Shown: positions 28,552-38,703 of the stretch, piece after piece
Numbering within the stretch: position 1 is the first letter of the stretch
Layout: each line of letters begins with the position of its first letter
Assembly: GCA_031179305.1 (NCBI GenBank)
Contig: JAPSHX010000006.1
Location: forward strand, 36,914-100,913
DNA length: 64,000 nt
DNA from: Paenarthrobacter sp.
Lineage (GTDB): Bacteria > Actinomycetota > Actinomycetes > Actinomycetales > Micrococcaceae
Direction: 5' to 3'
Position numbers and translations under genes: made by a program
The notes under the pieces: model-generated
Databases searched by the model: none
Told to the model about the DNA's origin: nothing
The model's input: only the letters and a program-made list of their open reading frames with translations

Positions 28552-29892
28552 GTGCCTCAAACCACAACCGCCCCCGCCCGCTCCAACGCCCGCGAAATCC
28601 TGCGCCTGGCAGTCCCGGCATTCGGTGCGCTCATTGCCGAGCCACTGTTCCTGCTGGCAGACTCCGCCATTGTGGGGCACCTGGGCGTCGACCAGCTCGC
28701 CGGCGTGGGACTTGCGTCCACCATCCTGCACACTGCCGTGGGGCTGATGGTCTTCCTGGCATATTCGACGACGCCGGCGGTCGCCAGGGCGATCGGTGAC
28801 GGTAAGTTGGGGAAGGCTTTGGCGGCAGGGCGCGACGGCGTCTGGCTGGCACTGCTGCTCGGGTTGGCGCTCGCAGTGGCCGGTTTCGTGGCGGCCGAAC
28901 CATTGGTTGGCTTCATGGGAGCCACGGGAGACGTGAAGCAATTCGCTGTCGATTACCTGCGATGGTCCATGCCTGGTTTGGCTGCGATGCTCTTGATCTT
29001 CGCCGGTACCGGCGTGCTCCGCGGACTTCAGGACACCCGGACACCGCTGGTGGTGGCAACCGCAGGCTTCGCCCTGAACATCGCCCTCAATCTGTTCTTC
29101 GTCTATGGGTTGAACATGTCCGTGGCGGGTTCGGCGGTGGGTACAAGCATCGCGCAGTGGGCCATGGCTGCCGTGTACTTGGTAATGGTCAGCCGGAACG
29201 CACGTCAGCACGGGGTGTCCTTGAAGCCCGACTGGCACGGCGTCCGCACCATGACCAAGGTGGGTTCGTGGCTCATGCTGCGTACGCTGAGCCTCCGCCT
29301 CGCCATCCTTGCGACTGTTTTGGTGGTGACCGCGCAGGGTGCCGTAAACCTGGCCGCGCACCAGTTGGCCATGACCATCTTCTCCTTCCTGGCCTTTGCC
29401 CTGGATGCGCTGGCGATCGCAGCGCAAGCCCTGATCGGCAAGGAACTTGGCGCCCGAAACGCCCAACGCGTGCGTGAATTGACCCGCACCATGATCCGCT
29501 GGGGCCTCGGATTCGGCGTGATTACCGGCGTGCTCCTGGCGATCGTGGCCCCGTGGGCCGGCTACCTCTTCACGCCCGACTCCGGCGTCCGATCAGCCCT
29601 GACCATAGCCCTCTGGGTCCTCGCGGTGGGACAGCCACTTGCCGGATATGTCTTTGTCCTGGACGGTGTCCTTATCGGCGCCGGTGACGCACGCTACCTG
29701 GCGATTGCCGGCGTCGTAAACCTGGTGGTCTACTTGCCGTTGCTGGTGGCAATCCACCAGACAAAGCCCGACGGCGAGGCGGGGCTTCTGTGGTTGTGGG
29801 CCGCGTTTGCGCTGGGCTACATGCTGGCCCGAGGTGTGACTTTGGGGCTGCGCGCGAGGACGGATCGATGGATGGTGCTGGGTTCGCACTAA
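28552..29892 (+). CDS. MATE (DinF-like) efflux transporter
   Basis: LAVPAFGALIAEPLFLLADSAIVGHLG, GVLRGLQDTRTP, about 12 TM segments. Confidence 0.92.
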   Translation: MPQTTTAPARSNAREILRLAVPAFGALIAEPLFLLADSAIVGHLGVDQLAGVGLASTILHTAVGLMVFLAYSTTPAVARAIGDGKLGKALAAGRDGVWLALLLGLALAVAGFVAAEPLVGFMGATGDVKQFAVDYLRWSMPGLAAMLLIFAGTGVLRGLQDTRTPLVVATAGFALNIALNLFFVYGLNMSVAGSAVGTSIAQWAMAAVYLVMVSRNARQHGVSLKPDWHGVRTMTKVGSWLMLRTLSLRLAILATVLVVTAQGAVNLAAHQLAMTIFSFLAFALDALAIAAQALIGKELGARNAQRVRELTRTMIRWGLGFGVITGVLLAIVAPWAGYLFTPDSGVRSALTIALWVLAVGQPLAGYVFVLDGVLIGAGDARYLAIAGVVNLVVYLPLLVAIHQTKPDGEAGLLWLWAAFALGYMLARGVTLGLRARTDRWMVLGSH

Positions 29893-29901
29893 ACTGGACG
29901 G

Positions 29902-30486
29902 GTGACTCTCCCAGCGACTCCTGCCCAGACTCCTTCTGCTCCCGCGGACGGATCCTGGAAACCCGTGCTGATCCGCGCCACGGTTGCACTGTTGTTCGGT
30001 GCGGTCACCATCTTCTGGGCTTCGCCGTCCGTGCACGTCTTGGCGTGGGCTGTGGGGCTGTATTTGCTCGCGACTGCAGGTGCGGTGTGGATGTCCAGGG
30101 CTTTGCCTGTTGCCGTTCCGGTGGTTGTTGCACTCGGAGGCATCGGTGCCTTGGTCACCCAGTCTGACGAGGGTGTTGCCCTCTCGGCCATGTTCGCGCT
30201 GCTGGTGCTGGGCCTCCTTGAGTTCGTCCATGGTCTCCGGAAACGGGACGTGTTGGCGCGTGATTGGCTCATTTCGGGCGTTATCGCTGTGGGTACTGCC
30301 GTGATGCTGCCGTTCTTCACTTCCTTGGGCGCACATGCGCTGCTGGGCGTGGCTGGTGGTGGGGCCATCATTTGCGGTGTGCTGTGGATCCTCTCCGGTT
30401 TGACGCTGCGGCACGATGCCAAGACCGGGGTCGGCGGCCCTTCCCGAACCGCTGCGCCCGGCGCTTCGCCCGAGGCCGTAAACTAG
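29902..30486 (+). CDS. membrane protein (HdeD/DUF308-like)
   Basis: About six hydrophobic helices; follows the MATE gene. Confidence 0.6.
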   Translation: MTLPATPAQTPSAPADGSWKPVLIRATVALLFGAVTIFWASPSVHVLAWAVGLYLLATAGAVWMSRALPVAVPVVVALGGIGALVTQSDEGVALSAMFALLVLGLLEFVHGLRKRDVLARDWLISGVIAVGTAVMLPFFTSLGAHALLGVAGGGAIICGVLWILSGLTLRHDAKTGVGGPSRTAAPGASPEAVN

Positions 30487-30554
30487 TAGCTGGACGTTCT
30501 ACTCTTTGTAGAACTTTTGCTTACCGGCGGAAACGAACCGCCATCATTGGAGGA

Positions 30555-30899
30555 ATGACCGTGGCAGACCAGACACCAGGAGAACCGCGCAAGATGCGGA
30601 CCTCGGTCAAGGGACCCCTCATGTTCTCCGCGTTCTTTGCAGTACTGGCCTTCGTTGCCGTGCTCATTTTCGCCTCCGGCGGCAGCGCTCGCGCGCCACG
30701 TTTCGACCTCGCCTTCACGGGCGCCGGCATCGCATTCATCGTGAGCCTCGTTGTGGCGGCCATGCTGTCCATGAGCCACAAGGAGAACGCCGACCACCTC
30801 GGCAAAGGCTCCGGCGTCAACCTCAGTTCCAAGCGGCCCGGCCACGGCCGCCCGGGGGCTCCGGATTCCGAGACTGAAACGCCCGACGCCGGCCACTAA
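30555..30899 (+). CDS. small membrane protein
   Basis: GGAGG SD, ATG 30555, two TM helices. Confidence 0.65.
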   Translation: MTVADQTPGEPRKMRTSVKGPLMFSAFFAVLAFVAVLIFASGGSARAPRFDLAFTGAGIAFIVSLVVAAMLSMSHKENADHLGKGSGVNLSSKRPGHGRPGAPDSETETPDAGH

Positions 30900-30957
30900 C
30901 GTTCCAAGGTTCGACGCTCCACTTCCGCGGGGCTGCTCTTGGGCGGACGGATGCCGA

Positions 30958-32469
30958 CTAGTGCCTGGTGTTTCGACGTGAGCGTACGAACAGGAGTGCG
31001 GCGCCGATGACCAGAAGTGCTCCGGCTGCGTAGAGCAGGCCGGTTCCGACGCCACCGGTCAGGGGCAGTTCGAAGCCGCCGTTGGACGGGATGTTCTTGA
31101 CGCTCAGGTCAATGCCAACCGTGGTGGATGCTGAGTTGATCAGGAAGGAGATCGGCTCGGCGAGCAGTTCGTATCCGGCCGGAGCGGTGGTCTCCACCAG
31201 GTAGTAGGTGCGGTATTCAGGGTCGCCCGGTGCAACGGCGGCGCCGTCGGCCCAGTCCGAGTAACGCAGACCGGAAATGGTCAAGGTTCCGTCGGCAGCA
31301 ACGGTGAAGACGCTCTGGCCGCTCAGGACGATCGGGTTTGTGCCGGCCAGTGCGTCGGCTTCGGTGGCGAAGACGGAGAAGGAAGCACCGGCGAGGGCAT
31401 CACCGTTCTCGTTGACCTTTTCCAGCGTCATTTCTCCCCACTTGGTGACAACCGGAGGAGTCACCACCGGGCCGCCGGGCTCGCCCGGGGTGATGGTGAA
31501 GCTGGGGAGGTTGGGGTAAACGAGTGCTTCGTTTTCGATTTCACCAATGGTGTTGACGTTGGTGTTCACGACGACCTGAACACGGGTGGTGTTGCTTGTG
31601 GCAAGAACAGCACGGCCGGCCTCGGTGAAGACCACGGAGACAGTGTTCGTTGCTGCATCGAAGACCACGTCGTAGTGCGTGCCTTCGGTGATGGTGGTGC
31701 CGTTCAGCAGTGTGGCGGTTGCGCCAACGTAGGTCAGCTTCGGATCGAGGACGTCGACGATCTTGTAACCATCGATGACGGTCTCGTTGGGGATGTCACC
31801 GGTGATGGTGAAGTCGATCTGGTCGCCGAGCTTCACATCGGGGGCGTCCGTGACGGTCTTTTCCACCCCGGTGACGGAGTTCTTCGGGTAAACGTGGACG
31901 TCGTAGATCCAGTTGTCGTTGTTTTCCGGGTCGGTCAACGGCACGGAAATCAGGAACGGGGCCGAGGGGGTCACGCCGGCGGGGTAGTTGGTCTCGGTCA
32001 CGAGATACAGGCCGACAGGAAGGTTGTTGAAGGCTGCGATGCCGTCAGCAGCGGTGGTCTGTGCCTGCCCTGCTGCCAAGGTGTACCCGGCGCCGGTAAT
32101 GGAACCGGATGGGTCCGAGGGAGCGAAGACGCTGCTCAGGTTATGTGCTGCGTCCCAACCGGCGTTGGTGGACAGGTCGATGGTGTTGACCTGCTGGATG
32201 GTGAACTCGACACCGGCCAGAGGCGTGAAGCCCGAGGTGTCAGGTACCGGTTGAGCGAAGTTGCTGCCGCCACCGTTGCCGCCGCTGCCGTTGTTGCCGC
32301 CACCACCACCCGCGTCCGGCTTCTCGAATTTGTGGATGGTGATGGAACCGGTCTGGTCGCCGTCAACCACCGGTGCGGCCGATGCCGGGGCAGCGGAGAA
32401 GGACATTGCCAACACCGCTCCGGCGACGATTGTGGCGGCGGTACGTGTGCGCTCGAACTGTTTCCGCAT
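30958..32469 (-). CDS. SpaH/EbpB-type LPXTG-anchored major pilin
   Basis: Signal peptide; pilin motif VHVYPKN; E-box YYLVETTAPAGY; LPLTG + TM + basic tail. Confidence 0.92.
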   Translation of the reverse strand: MRKQFERTRTAATIVAGAVLAMSFSAAPASAAPVVDGDQTGSITIHKFEKPDAGGGGGNNGSGGNGGGSNFAQPVPDTSGFTPLAGVEFTIQQVNTIDLSTNAGWDAAHNLSSVFAPSDPSGSITGAGYTLAAGQAQTTAADGIAAFNNLPVGLYLVTETNYPAGVTPSAPFLISVPLTDPENNDNWIYDVHVYPKNSVTGVEKTVTDAPDVKLGDQIDFTITGDIPNETVIDGYKIVDVLDPKLTYVGATATLLNGTTITEGTHYDVVFDAATNTVSVVFTEAGRAVLATSNTTRVQVVVNTNVNTIGEIENEALVYPNLPSFTITPGEPGGPVVTPPVVTKWGEMTLEKVNENGDALAGASFSVFATEADALAGTNPIVLSGQSVFTVAADGTLTISGLRYSDWADGAAVAPGDPEYRTYYLVETTAPAGYELLAEPISFLINSASTTVGIDLSVKNIPSNGGFELPLTGGVGTGLLYAAGALLVIGAALLFVRSRRNTRH

Positions 32470-32654
32470 GAAGTTCCTATCCCTGACGCGTTGGCAGGGC
32501 AGCCCTAGCCGAGGGCTGCCCCAATTACCTTGCTCAGGAATAGGTGGATCCAGGGCGGGAATCGTGACGCAAAACTCATCGTGAATTTAATCACGCTCGC
32601 ATTTAGGCGCGGAGAGGCCCTATCCACCATCACCAACTTCATATCGGGCGTCTA

Positions 32655-33203
32655 TCACTCACCCTCGGCGGCCTTCCTAGCGCGATATGCAGCGACGTGG
32701 GCGCGGTTAGCGCAGTTCCCTGTATCGCAGTAGAGCTTGGAGCGGTTGCGGCTGAGGTCCAGCACGACGGCGTCGCAGTCGTCCGCCGCGCACACGCGCA
32801 TGCGGTCCATTTCCTTGCTTCGGATGACGTCGATGATGGCCATTGCGGCTTCGGTTCCCATTCGGACTGCTAGTGGTGCTTCCGGGGTGGTGGCGTGCAG
32901 GTGCCAGTCCCAGTGGTCATGTTTCACGAGCTGCGGGAGTGCCTTGGCGTCGGCGAGCAGCTTGTTAACGGACTTCGCTGCCGTGTCCTCGTCGGCGCTC
33001 CAGAGTGCCGCCAGTTCACTGCGGAGGCGCTTGATGCTGCTTAGTTCCGCAGGAGTGTTCACCCTTGATCCGGTGAACTCTTCAGCCTCCAGGAAGGAAT
33101 CGAGGTCTTCCATTGTGACCAGCGATTCCGCGCCGTTGGCGGCCGTATTGATCAGGTTGACGACGCTACGAAGGGCAACCTCGGTGTCAGGCGCAAAAAG
33201 CAC
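32655..33203 (-). CDS. CGNR zinc finger / ABATE domain protein
   Basis: CAADDC...DLSRNRSKLYC..GNCANR. Confidence 0.9.
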   Translation of the reverse strand: MLFAPDTEVALRSVVNLINTAANGAESLVTMEDLDSFLEAEEFTGSRVNTPAELSSIKRLRSELAALWSADEDTAAKSVNKLLADAKALPQLVKHDHWDWHLHATTPEAPLAVRMGTEAAMAIIDVIRSKEMDRMRVCAADDCDAVVLDLSRNRSKLYCDTGNCANRAHVAAYRARKAAEGE

Positions 33204-33274
33204 TTTGACTCCTTACATGTTTCGGGAGTACTGTCATGACCATAAGCCCACTTTACTCCTGACAGGAGGCTGCT

Positions 33275-34315
33275 GTGTCAGCTCCAACGACGAAGGCTGA
33301 TGCAAAGAGTTTCCTGGCATCAGGACTCGGCATCGCACTCTTTTCTTCCGCTGTTTTCGGCACGTCCGGCTCGTTTGCCAAGTCGATGCTTGAAACCGGC
33401 TGGTCACCCGGCGCCGCGGTTGCTGTGCGCCTCACTGGCGCCGCACTGATCCTGGTGATTCCCGCCGTCGTGGTTCTCCGCGGCCGGTGGCACCAACTCA
33501 AGGACAACTGGCTGACTATCCTGCTGTTCGGGCTCATCGGAGTGGCGGGCTGCCAGCTCTTCTACTTCAATGCCGTAGCCCGATTGTCCGTGGGCGTAGC
33601 ACTACTGCTTGAGTATCTGGCCCCGGTGATGATTGTCCTATGGCTCTGGATCGCCAGCCGACGGCGGCCCCGCGCGCTCACCGCTTCCGGCGCCCTGTTA
33701 TCCCTGGGCGGACTGGTCCTGGTGCTTGATCTGACGGGTGCCGTGAAGGTCGACTTTGTTGGGGTCCTTTGGGGTATGGCCGCCGCCGTGTGTCTGGTGA
33801 TCTACTTCTTCATCACTGCCAAGGAGAACGACAGCCTCCCTCCGCTGGTGCTCGCTTCCGGGGGTCTCTTGGTGGGCGCCCTGGTCATGTGGCTCGTCGG
33901 GCTGCTGGGGCTGTTGCCCATGACCTTCAGCACCGCGGACACAACGCTGGGGCCATGGACTACTCCGTGGTGGGTCTCCGCCGTCGGCCTCATCATCCTG
34001 GCCACGGTGCTCGCGTACGTTTCCGGCATCATGGCTGCCCGCAGCCTGGGTTCCAAGGTGGCGTCCTTCGTGTCCCTCACCGAAGTCCTGTTCGCCGTGA
34101 TCTGGGCTTGGCTGCTCCTGGGTGAACTCCCCGGCCCCATTCAGTTGCTGGGCGGCCTCTTCATTGTGGGTGGTGTGGTCCTGGTCCGGGTCGATGAGCT
34201 GCGTGGAGATCGCAGGGCGGCCAATACTGCCCAGGAAGCGGCACGCGTTCTGGATCACCCGAACGACGTGGAACCCGTCCCTTCCGGTCATGTCACCAAG
34301 GTGCCCCGCGACTAA
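33275..34315 (+). CDS. EamA/RhaT family transporter
   Basis: About 10 TM segments; LLLEYLAP, LTEVLFA, LLGE. Confidence 0.9.
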   Translation: MSAPTTKADAKSFLASGLGIALFSSAVFGTSGSFAKSMLETGWSPGAAVAVRLTGAALILVIPAVVVLRGRWHQLKDNWLTILLFGLIGVAGCQLFYFNAVARLSVGVALLLEYLAPVMIVLWLWIASRRRPRALTASGALLSLGGLVLVLDLTGAVKVDFVGVLWGMAAAVCLVIYFFITAKENDSLPPLVLASGGLLVGALVMWLVGLLGLLPMTFSTADTTLGPWTTPWWVSAVGLIILATVLAYVSGIMAARSLGSKVASFVSLTEVLFAVIWAWLLLGELPGPIQLLGGLFIVGGVVLVRVDELRGDRRAANTAQEAARVLDHPNDVEPVPSGHVTKVPRD

Positions 34316-34330
34316 GGTGCCTTAGACAGC

Positions 34331-34364
34331 GAAAGCCCCGGACGCTGATGCGTCCGGGGCTTTC
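34331..34364. terminator. bidirectional intrinsic terminator
   Basis: GAAAGCCCCGGACGC-TGAT-GCGTCCGGGGCTTTC between convergent genes. Confidence 0.85.
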
Positions 34365-34373
34365 CCAACTGTC

Positions 34374-34637
34374 TTAGTTGGAAGCCTGCTGCTGCTGCTC
34401 AGCGTTCTTCTGAGCGCGGTCGCCGGCTTCGCGAAGAGCGTCGGCAACCTTCTTCAGGTTGGAAGCGTGCTGGCTGTCCCACTCGCCGCGGAACTTGTCA
34501 GCGTCCGGGCCCTTCCAGTCGGTGCCGTCAAGTGCGCCCTTGAGCTGTGAACGCTGCTGCTCGATGTTCTCAGCACCGGCCTTCAGCTTGTTACCGAGCT
34601 GACGAAGCTGATCAACATCTGCACCCCAAATAGCCAT
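34374..34637 (-). CDS. WXG100 family (ESAT-6-like) protein
   Basis: 87 aa; MAIWGADVDQLRQL, central W-K-G (DWKGPDADKF); AAGGAG SD. Confidence 0.88.
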   Translation of the reverse strand: MAIWGADVDQLRQLGNKLKAGAENIEQQRSQLKGALDGTDWKGPDADKFRGEWDSQHASNLKKVADALREAGDRAQKNAEQQQQASN

Positions 34638-34795
34638 GAGATTCTCCTTCATTTTTTCGGACCCGAGCTCTTCGGCATCCCCAGCGGCCTCCGGCTCATC
34701 CGGAAGATCCAATAGCTAAAACCTATCCCGGGAATCCAAAAACCGTCGATGGGCACCCCTCCCCATGTAGCACTGCCCATAGTTAGCATGGGGTT

Positions 34796-35068
34796 ATGTG
34801 CCGCAATATCAGGACCCTGCATAACTTCGAACCGCACGCTACGAGCGCCGAAGTGGAGGCCGCTGCCCTGCAATACGTGCGCAAAATCAGCGGATCCACC
34901 AAGCCCTCCAAAGCCAATGAGGAAGCTTTCGCGGAGGCCGTCCACGAGATCGCGCATATTACGCAGCATCTCTTGGACTCCTTGGTGAGCCACGGCCCGG
35001 CGAAGAACCGTGACGAGGAAGCCGCCAAAGCGAAGGCCCGGGCTGCGGTCCGTTTCGGAACCGCGTAG
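34796..35068 (+). CDS. DUF2277 domain protein
   Basis: MCRNIRTLHNFEP...AALQYVRKISG. Confidence 0.9.
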   Translation: MCRNIRTLHNFEPHATSAEVEAAALQYVRKISGSTKPSKANEEAFAEAVHEIAHITQHLLDSLVSHGPAKNRDEEAAKAKARAAVRFGTA

Positions 35069-35098
35069 CCCAGGCCACAACTGCCGGTCGGTGGGGGT

Positions 35099-37504
35099 TT
35101 ACTTACCGAACGAGCGCAGTCTCAGCGAGTTCGCAACAACCAGCACCGAACTGGCTGCCATTGCTGCGCCCGCGATCATCGGGTTCAGGAATCCAAGTGC
35201 TGCCACCGGGATACCAATCGCGTTGTAGAAGAACGCCCAGAACAGGTTGGTCTTGATGGTTGAAAGAGTCTTGCGGGACAGCTCGATTGCCTGCACCAGC
35301 TGACCCAGATCACTCCCCATCACGGTCAGGTCCGACGCTTCGATGGCAACGTCCGTCCCCGAGCCCATCGCGATACCGAGGTCCGATTGGGCCAGGGCTG
35401 CGGCGTCGTTGACGCCATCACCGGCCATGGCCACCGTGGCACCGGATGCCTGGAGTTTCCGGACCGCCTCAACTTTCCCCTCCGGCAGCACACCGGCGAA
35501 CACGTCTTCCGGTGAAATCCCGACGGCGGCAGCCACTTGGGCGGCCACTGCAGCATTGTCTCCGGTCAGCAGGATGGGGCGAATTCCCATCTCCTTCAAC
35601 TTCTGTATCGCCGCTGCGGATCCGGGCTTGACGGTGTCGCTCAGGCTGACGATTCCTGCGGCCTTGCCGTCCACTGCAACCCAAATGGCTGTGGCTCCGC
35701 CGTTTTCTTCTGCCGCCAAGGCTTCCCGTTGGTTCGAATCGAGAGGGACGCCGTTCTGCTCGAGCCAGCCCGAGCGTCCGACAACCACGGTCTTTGAGGC
35801 CCCGTCCATTACAACGGTTCCCCTCACGCCGCCACCGGGAGCGGAACTGAAGCCGTCAACAGCAGGCAAGGTGCCGGCGTCGGGCATGGCGTCCTTTGCC
35901 GAGGCGGCAATCGCATGGGCAATCGGATGCTCAGAGGCCGCTTCAACAGCTCCGGCCAGGGTCAGGACGGTGGCCGGGGCGTAGCCGTTGAGGGCCACAG
36001 TGTGGTCCACTGCGAGCTTGCCGCTGGTCACAGTACCCGTCTTGTCCAGCAGGATGGTGTCCACATGGCGAGTGTCCTCAAGGACCTGTGGGCCCTTGAT
36101 GAGGATGCCCAGTTGAGCTCCGCGGCCAGTCCCAGTCAGCAGCCCGACGGGAGTTGCCAAGCCCAAAGCGCAGGGACAGGCGATCACCAGAACGGCAACA
36201 GCTGCCGTGAAGGCCGCGTTGAGGTCACCCGAGAAGAACAGCCAAAGGATAAACGTGACCAGGGCAATGACCAGCACGATCGGGACGAAGACGGAACTGA
36301 TCCTGTCCGCGAGCCGCGCAATGGGTGCTTTGCCCGTCTGGGCCTGGCTGACCAAACGCCCCATCTGAGCGAGCGTCGTGTCCGAGCCCACGCGGGTGGC
36401 CCGGACCAGCAAGCGACCAGAGGTGTTGATCGTAGCGCCCGTCACCAGGCTGCCCGGTCCAACCTCCACCGGCACCGATTCACCCGTGACCAGTGAGGCG
36501 TCGACGGCGGATGCGCCGTCCGTCACCACGCCGTCGGTGGCAATCTTCTCGCCGGGGCGGACAACAATGACGTCATCTACGAGGAGTTGATCGGCAGGAA
36601 TCTTCTGCTCCATGCCCTCCACGAGGATCGTTGCATCCTTGGCACCCAGGTTTAGCAATGCCTTGAGCGCGTTGCCGGCTTTGGCCTTGGCGTTCGCTTC
36701 AAGGTATCGGCCCAGAAGCAGGAACGTTGTGACCACCGCGGCAACCTCGAAGTACAGGCCGCCACCGGACATGTTTTCCATGCCGGGGTGTTCAGTCATG
36801 CGGGGATCCGCAAAAAGTTGCCACGCCGAGTAGAGGTAAGCAGCGATGACGCCGATCGAAACTAGCGTGTCCATGGTGGAGGCGAAGTGCCGGGCATTGA
36901 TAGCGGCTGCCCTGTGGAACGGCCAGGCCGCCCAGCTCACCACCGGCAGGGCCATCGCGCCCACAACCCATCCCCAGTTGGCGAACTGCAGGGCGGGGAT
37001 CATCGAAATTGCGAACACCGGAACGGTTAGCAGTGCAGCGACGATCAGGCGTGGGCGCAGGGTTGAGGCTGCCGGGCCGTGAGCCATATGGTCTTCGTGC
37101 GTACCGTGGTCCGTGTGGTCGGCTTCCGCGGCGCCACTGGCACCATGCTCTGCATGCTCGGTCGTGCCTCCCTTAGACGCATGCTGCCGCATGCCACCGG
37201 CGGCGCCGCTTGGTGTGGCTTGTTTGGTGGGAGTGTGTCCGGGACGGGTGTTTTGGGATGGGGCTTGGCGGACTGTGGCTTTGTAACCCGTGGCGTTGAC
37301 GGTGTCCACAATCTGCTGATCTGTCACGGTTGCCGGGACTGTGACGTGGGCTGATTCGAGGGGGAGGTTGACGCTGGCCTCCACGCCCTCGAGCTTGCCC
37401 AGTTTTCGTTCCACTCGATTGACGCACGAGGCGCAGGTCATGCCCTCGATGTCCAGTTCGATGACCCTGTGTGCGGGTTGGTTGAAAGTCTCCTGGCTAC
37501 TCAA
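35099..37504 (-). CDS. copA: copper-translocating P1B-type ATPase
   Basis: GMTCASC, TGES, CPC, DKTGT, HP, GDGVND, YN and MAASS. Confidence 0.95.
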   Translation of the reverse strand: MSSQETFNQPAHRVIELDIEGMTCASCVNRVERKLGKLEGVEASVNLPLESAHVTVPATVTDQQIVDTVNATGYKATVRQAPSQNTRPGHTPTKQATPSGAAGGMRQHASKGGTTEHAEHGASGAAEADHTDHGTHEDHMAHGPAASTLRPRLIVAALLTVPVFAISMIPALQFANWGWVVGAMALPVVSWAAWPFHRAAAINARHFASTMDTLVSIGVIAAYLYSAWQLFADPRMTEHPGMENMSGGGLYFEVAAVVTTFLLLGRYLEANAKAKAGNALKALLNLGAKDATILVEGMEQKIPADQLLVDDVIVVRPGEKIATDGVVTDGASAVDASLVTGESVPVEVGPGSLVTGATINTSGRLLVRATRVGSDTTLAQMGRLVSQAQTGKAPIARLADRISSVFVPIVLVIALVTFILWLFFSGDLNAAFTAAVAVLVIACPCALGLATPVGLLTGTGRGAQLGILIKGPQVLEDTRHVDTILLDKTGTVTSGKLAVDHTVALNGYAPATVLTLAGAVEAASEHPIAHAIAASAKDAMPDAGTLPAVDGFSSAPGGGVRGTVVMDGASKTVVVGRSGWLEQNGVPLDSNQREALAAEENGGATAIWVAVDGKAAGIVSLSDTVKPGSAAAIQKLKEMGIRPILLTGDNAAVAAQVAAAVGISPEDVFAGVLPEGKVEAVRKLQASGATVAMAGDGVNDAAALAQSDLGIAMGSGTDVAIEASDLTVMGSDLGQLVQAIELSRKTLSTIKTNLFWAFFYNAIGIPVAALGFLNPMIAGAAMAASSVLVVANSLRLRSFGK

Positions 37505-37512
37505 GAGGACTC

Positions 37513-37746
37513 CTAAGCGTCGTTGGCTACCACCAGGTAGCCGGCTTCTGCCACGGCCTCGCCGATTTCAGACGGCGAGAGCTCCTTGGTTGATGTGATG
37601 GTCACGGTGGACAGTCCGCCGGGATTGAGATCTACGGCCACGTTTTCGACACCGCTGAGCGACTCAAGTTCTTCGCTCACGCTTGAGACGCAGTGGCCGC
37701 AGGTCATACCCGAAACGTTGACGTTGGTCTGGATGGTCTGGCTCAT
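37513..37746 (-). CDS. copZ: copper chaperone (HMA domain)
   Basis: GMTCGHC; EAGY. Confidence 0.9.
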   Translation of the reverse strand: MSQTIQTNVNVSGMTCGHCVSSVSEELESLSGVENVAVDLNPGGLSTVTITSTKELSPSEIGEAVAEAGYLVVANDA

Positions 37747-37795
37747 GGCGCTCTCCTTGGTGATGAGTTGAATGGTGTGTTGATTGTTGGCGGAA

Positions 37796-38161
37796 TTACC
37801 GCAGCAGGCGCCCGATGGCATCGGTGGCCTCCTTTACCTTGGCGTCGATCTGTTCGGCGCGGGCTTCGGGGTTGGGCTCGGAGGCGGCACCCACGACGCA
37901 ATGGCCGATGTGCTCCTCTAAGAGGCCCAGGCTGACCGCGTGGAGGGCCTTGGTGGCAGCTGCTACCTGGGTGAGGATGTCGATGCAGTATTTGTCGTCC
38001 TCCACCATCCGCGCGATACCGCGGACTTGCCCTTCAATCCGCTTCAAGCGTTTGAGGTACGCGTCCTTGTTGTTGGTGTACCCATGGGGTGCGGCGTTCT
38101 CCGGATCCACCTCGATGATGGGTGCATCCGGATTGCTCATGCTCAGGTCTGGCGTGCTCAT
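37796..38161 (-). CDS. csoR: copper-sensing repressor, CsoR family
   Basis: RLKRIEGQVRGI..M.E...YC.DIL.Q; HIGHCV. Confidence 0.93.
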   Translation of the reverse strand: MSTPDLSMSNPDAPIIEVDPENAAPHGYTNNKDAYLKRLKRIEGQVRGIARMVEDDKYCIDILTQVAAATKALHAVSLGLLEEHIGHCVVGAASEPNPEARAEQIDAKVKEATDAIGRLLR

Positions 38162-38167
38162 AACTTG

Positions 38168-38212
38168 AAACTATACCCATAGGGGGTATTCGTCAAGTAC
38201 CCCCGGGGGGTA
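38168..38212 (-). promoter_or_regulatory. two CsoR operators overlapping the csoR promoter
   Basis: ATACCCATAGGGGGTAT (38173-38189) and TACCCCCGGGGGGTA (38198-38212). Minus-strand TTGACG-N17-TAGTTT places the start site at or near the ATG (leaderless). Confidence 0.8.
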
Positions 38213-38349
38213 TCGGGAGTCGCCAGCTCGGTGCGAGCCCAAAAGCCTCGCGTAGCTGCAGGCGGTCTACGAGCGTGGAGTTCGCAGCGTTTCCCTTGTG
38301 TGCTATCTCCGAAGTGTTCTGGTCCAAGTCGGAGGATCGGAACTACGAT

Positions 38350-38696
38350 GGGTTCCTGCTGAGCACTCCATCGTGGTGGGGCACTCGCTGGGTGGCTTCA
38401 CCGCACCCTTGGTGTGCGACGAACTCCACTCCGACGGCCTGGTGTATCTCTCGGCCATGATTCCGATGCCGGGTGAGACCTTCGGTGACTGGTGGACCAA
38501 CACAGGGCACGATCGGGAGACCATCCCCGATGACGTTTTTTCAATCTCGTGCCTGAAGAGCTGGCTCGCGTAGCCATGGAGAGGGAACGGGATCAGCAAG
38601 GCGCTTGGATGTCAGGGCCTTGGCCCGGCCGCCATCCGGACGCTGTTGCGGCGGTACTCAACGACTTTGCTGAACGGATCGCCGGGGAACGCTGAG
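38350..38696 (+). pseudogene. alpha/beta hydrolase remnant
   Basis: IVVGHSLGGFTAP...YLSAMIPMPGETFGDWW without a proper N-terminus; frame appears to change after ...PDDVF. Confidence 0.6.
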
Positions 38697-38703
38697 GAAC
38701 CTG

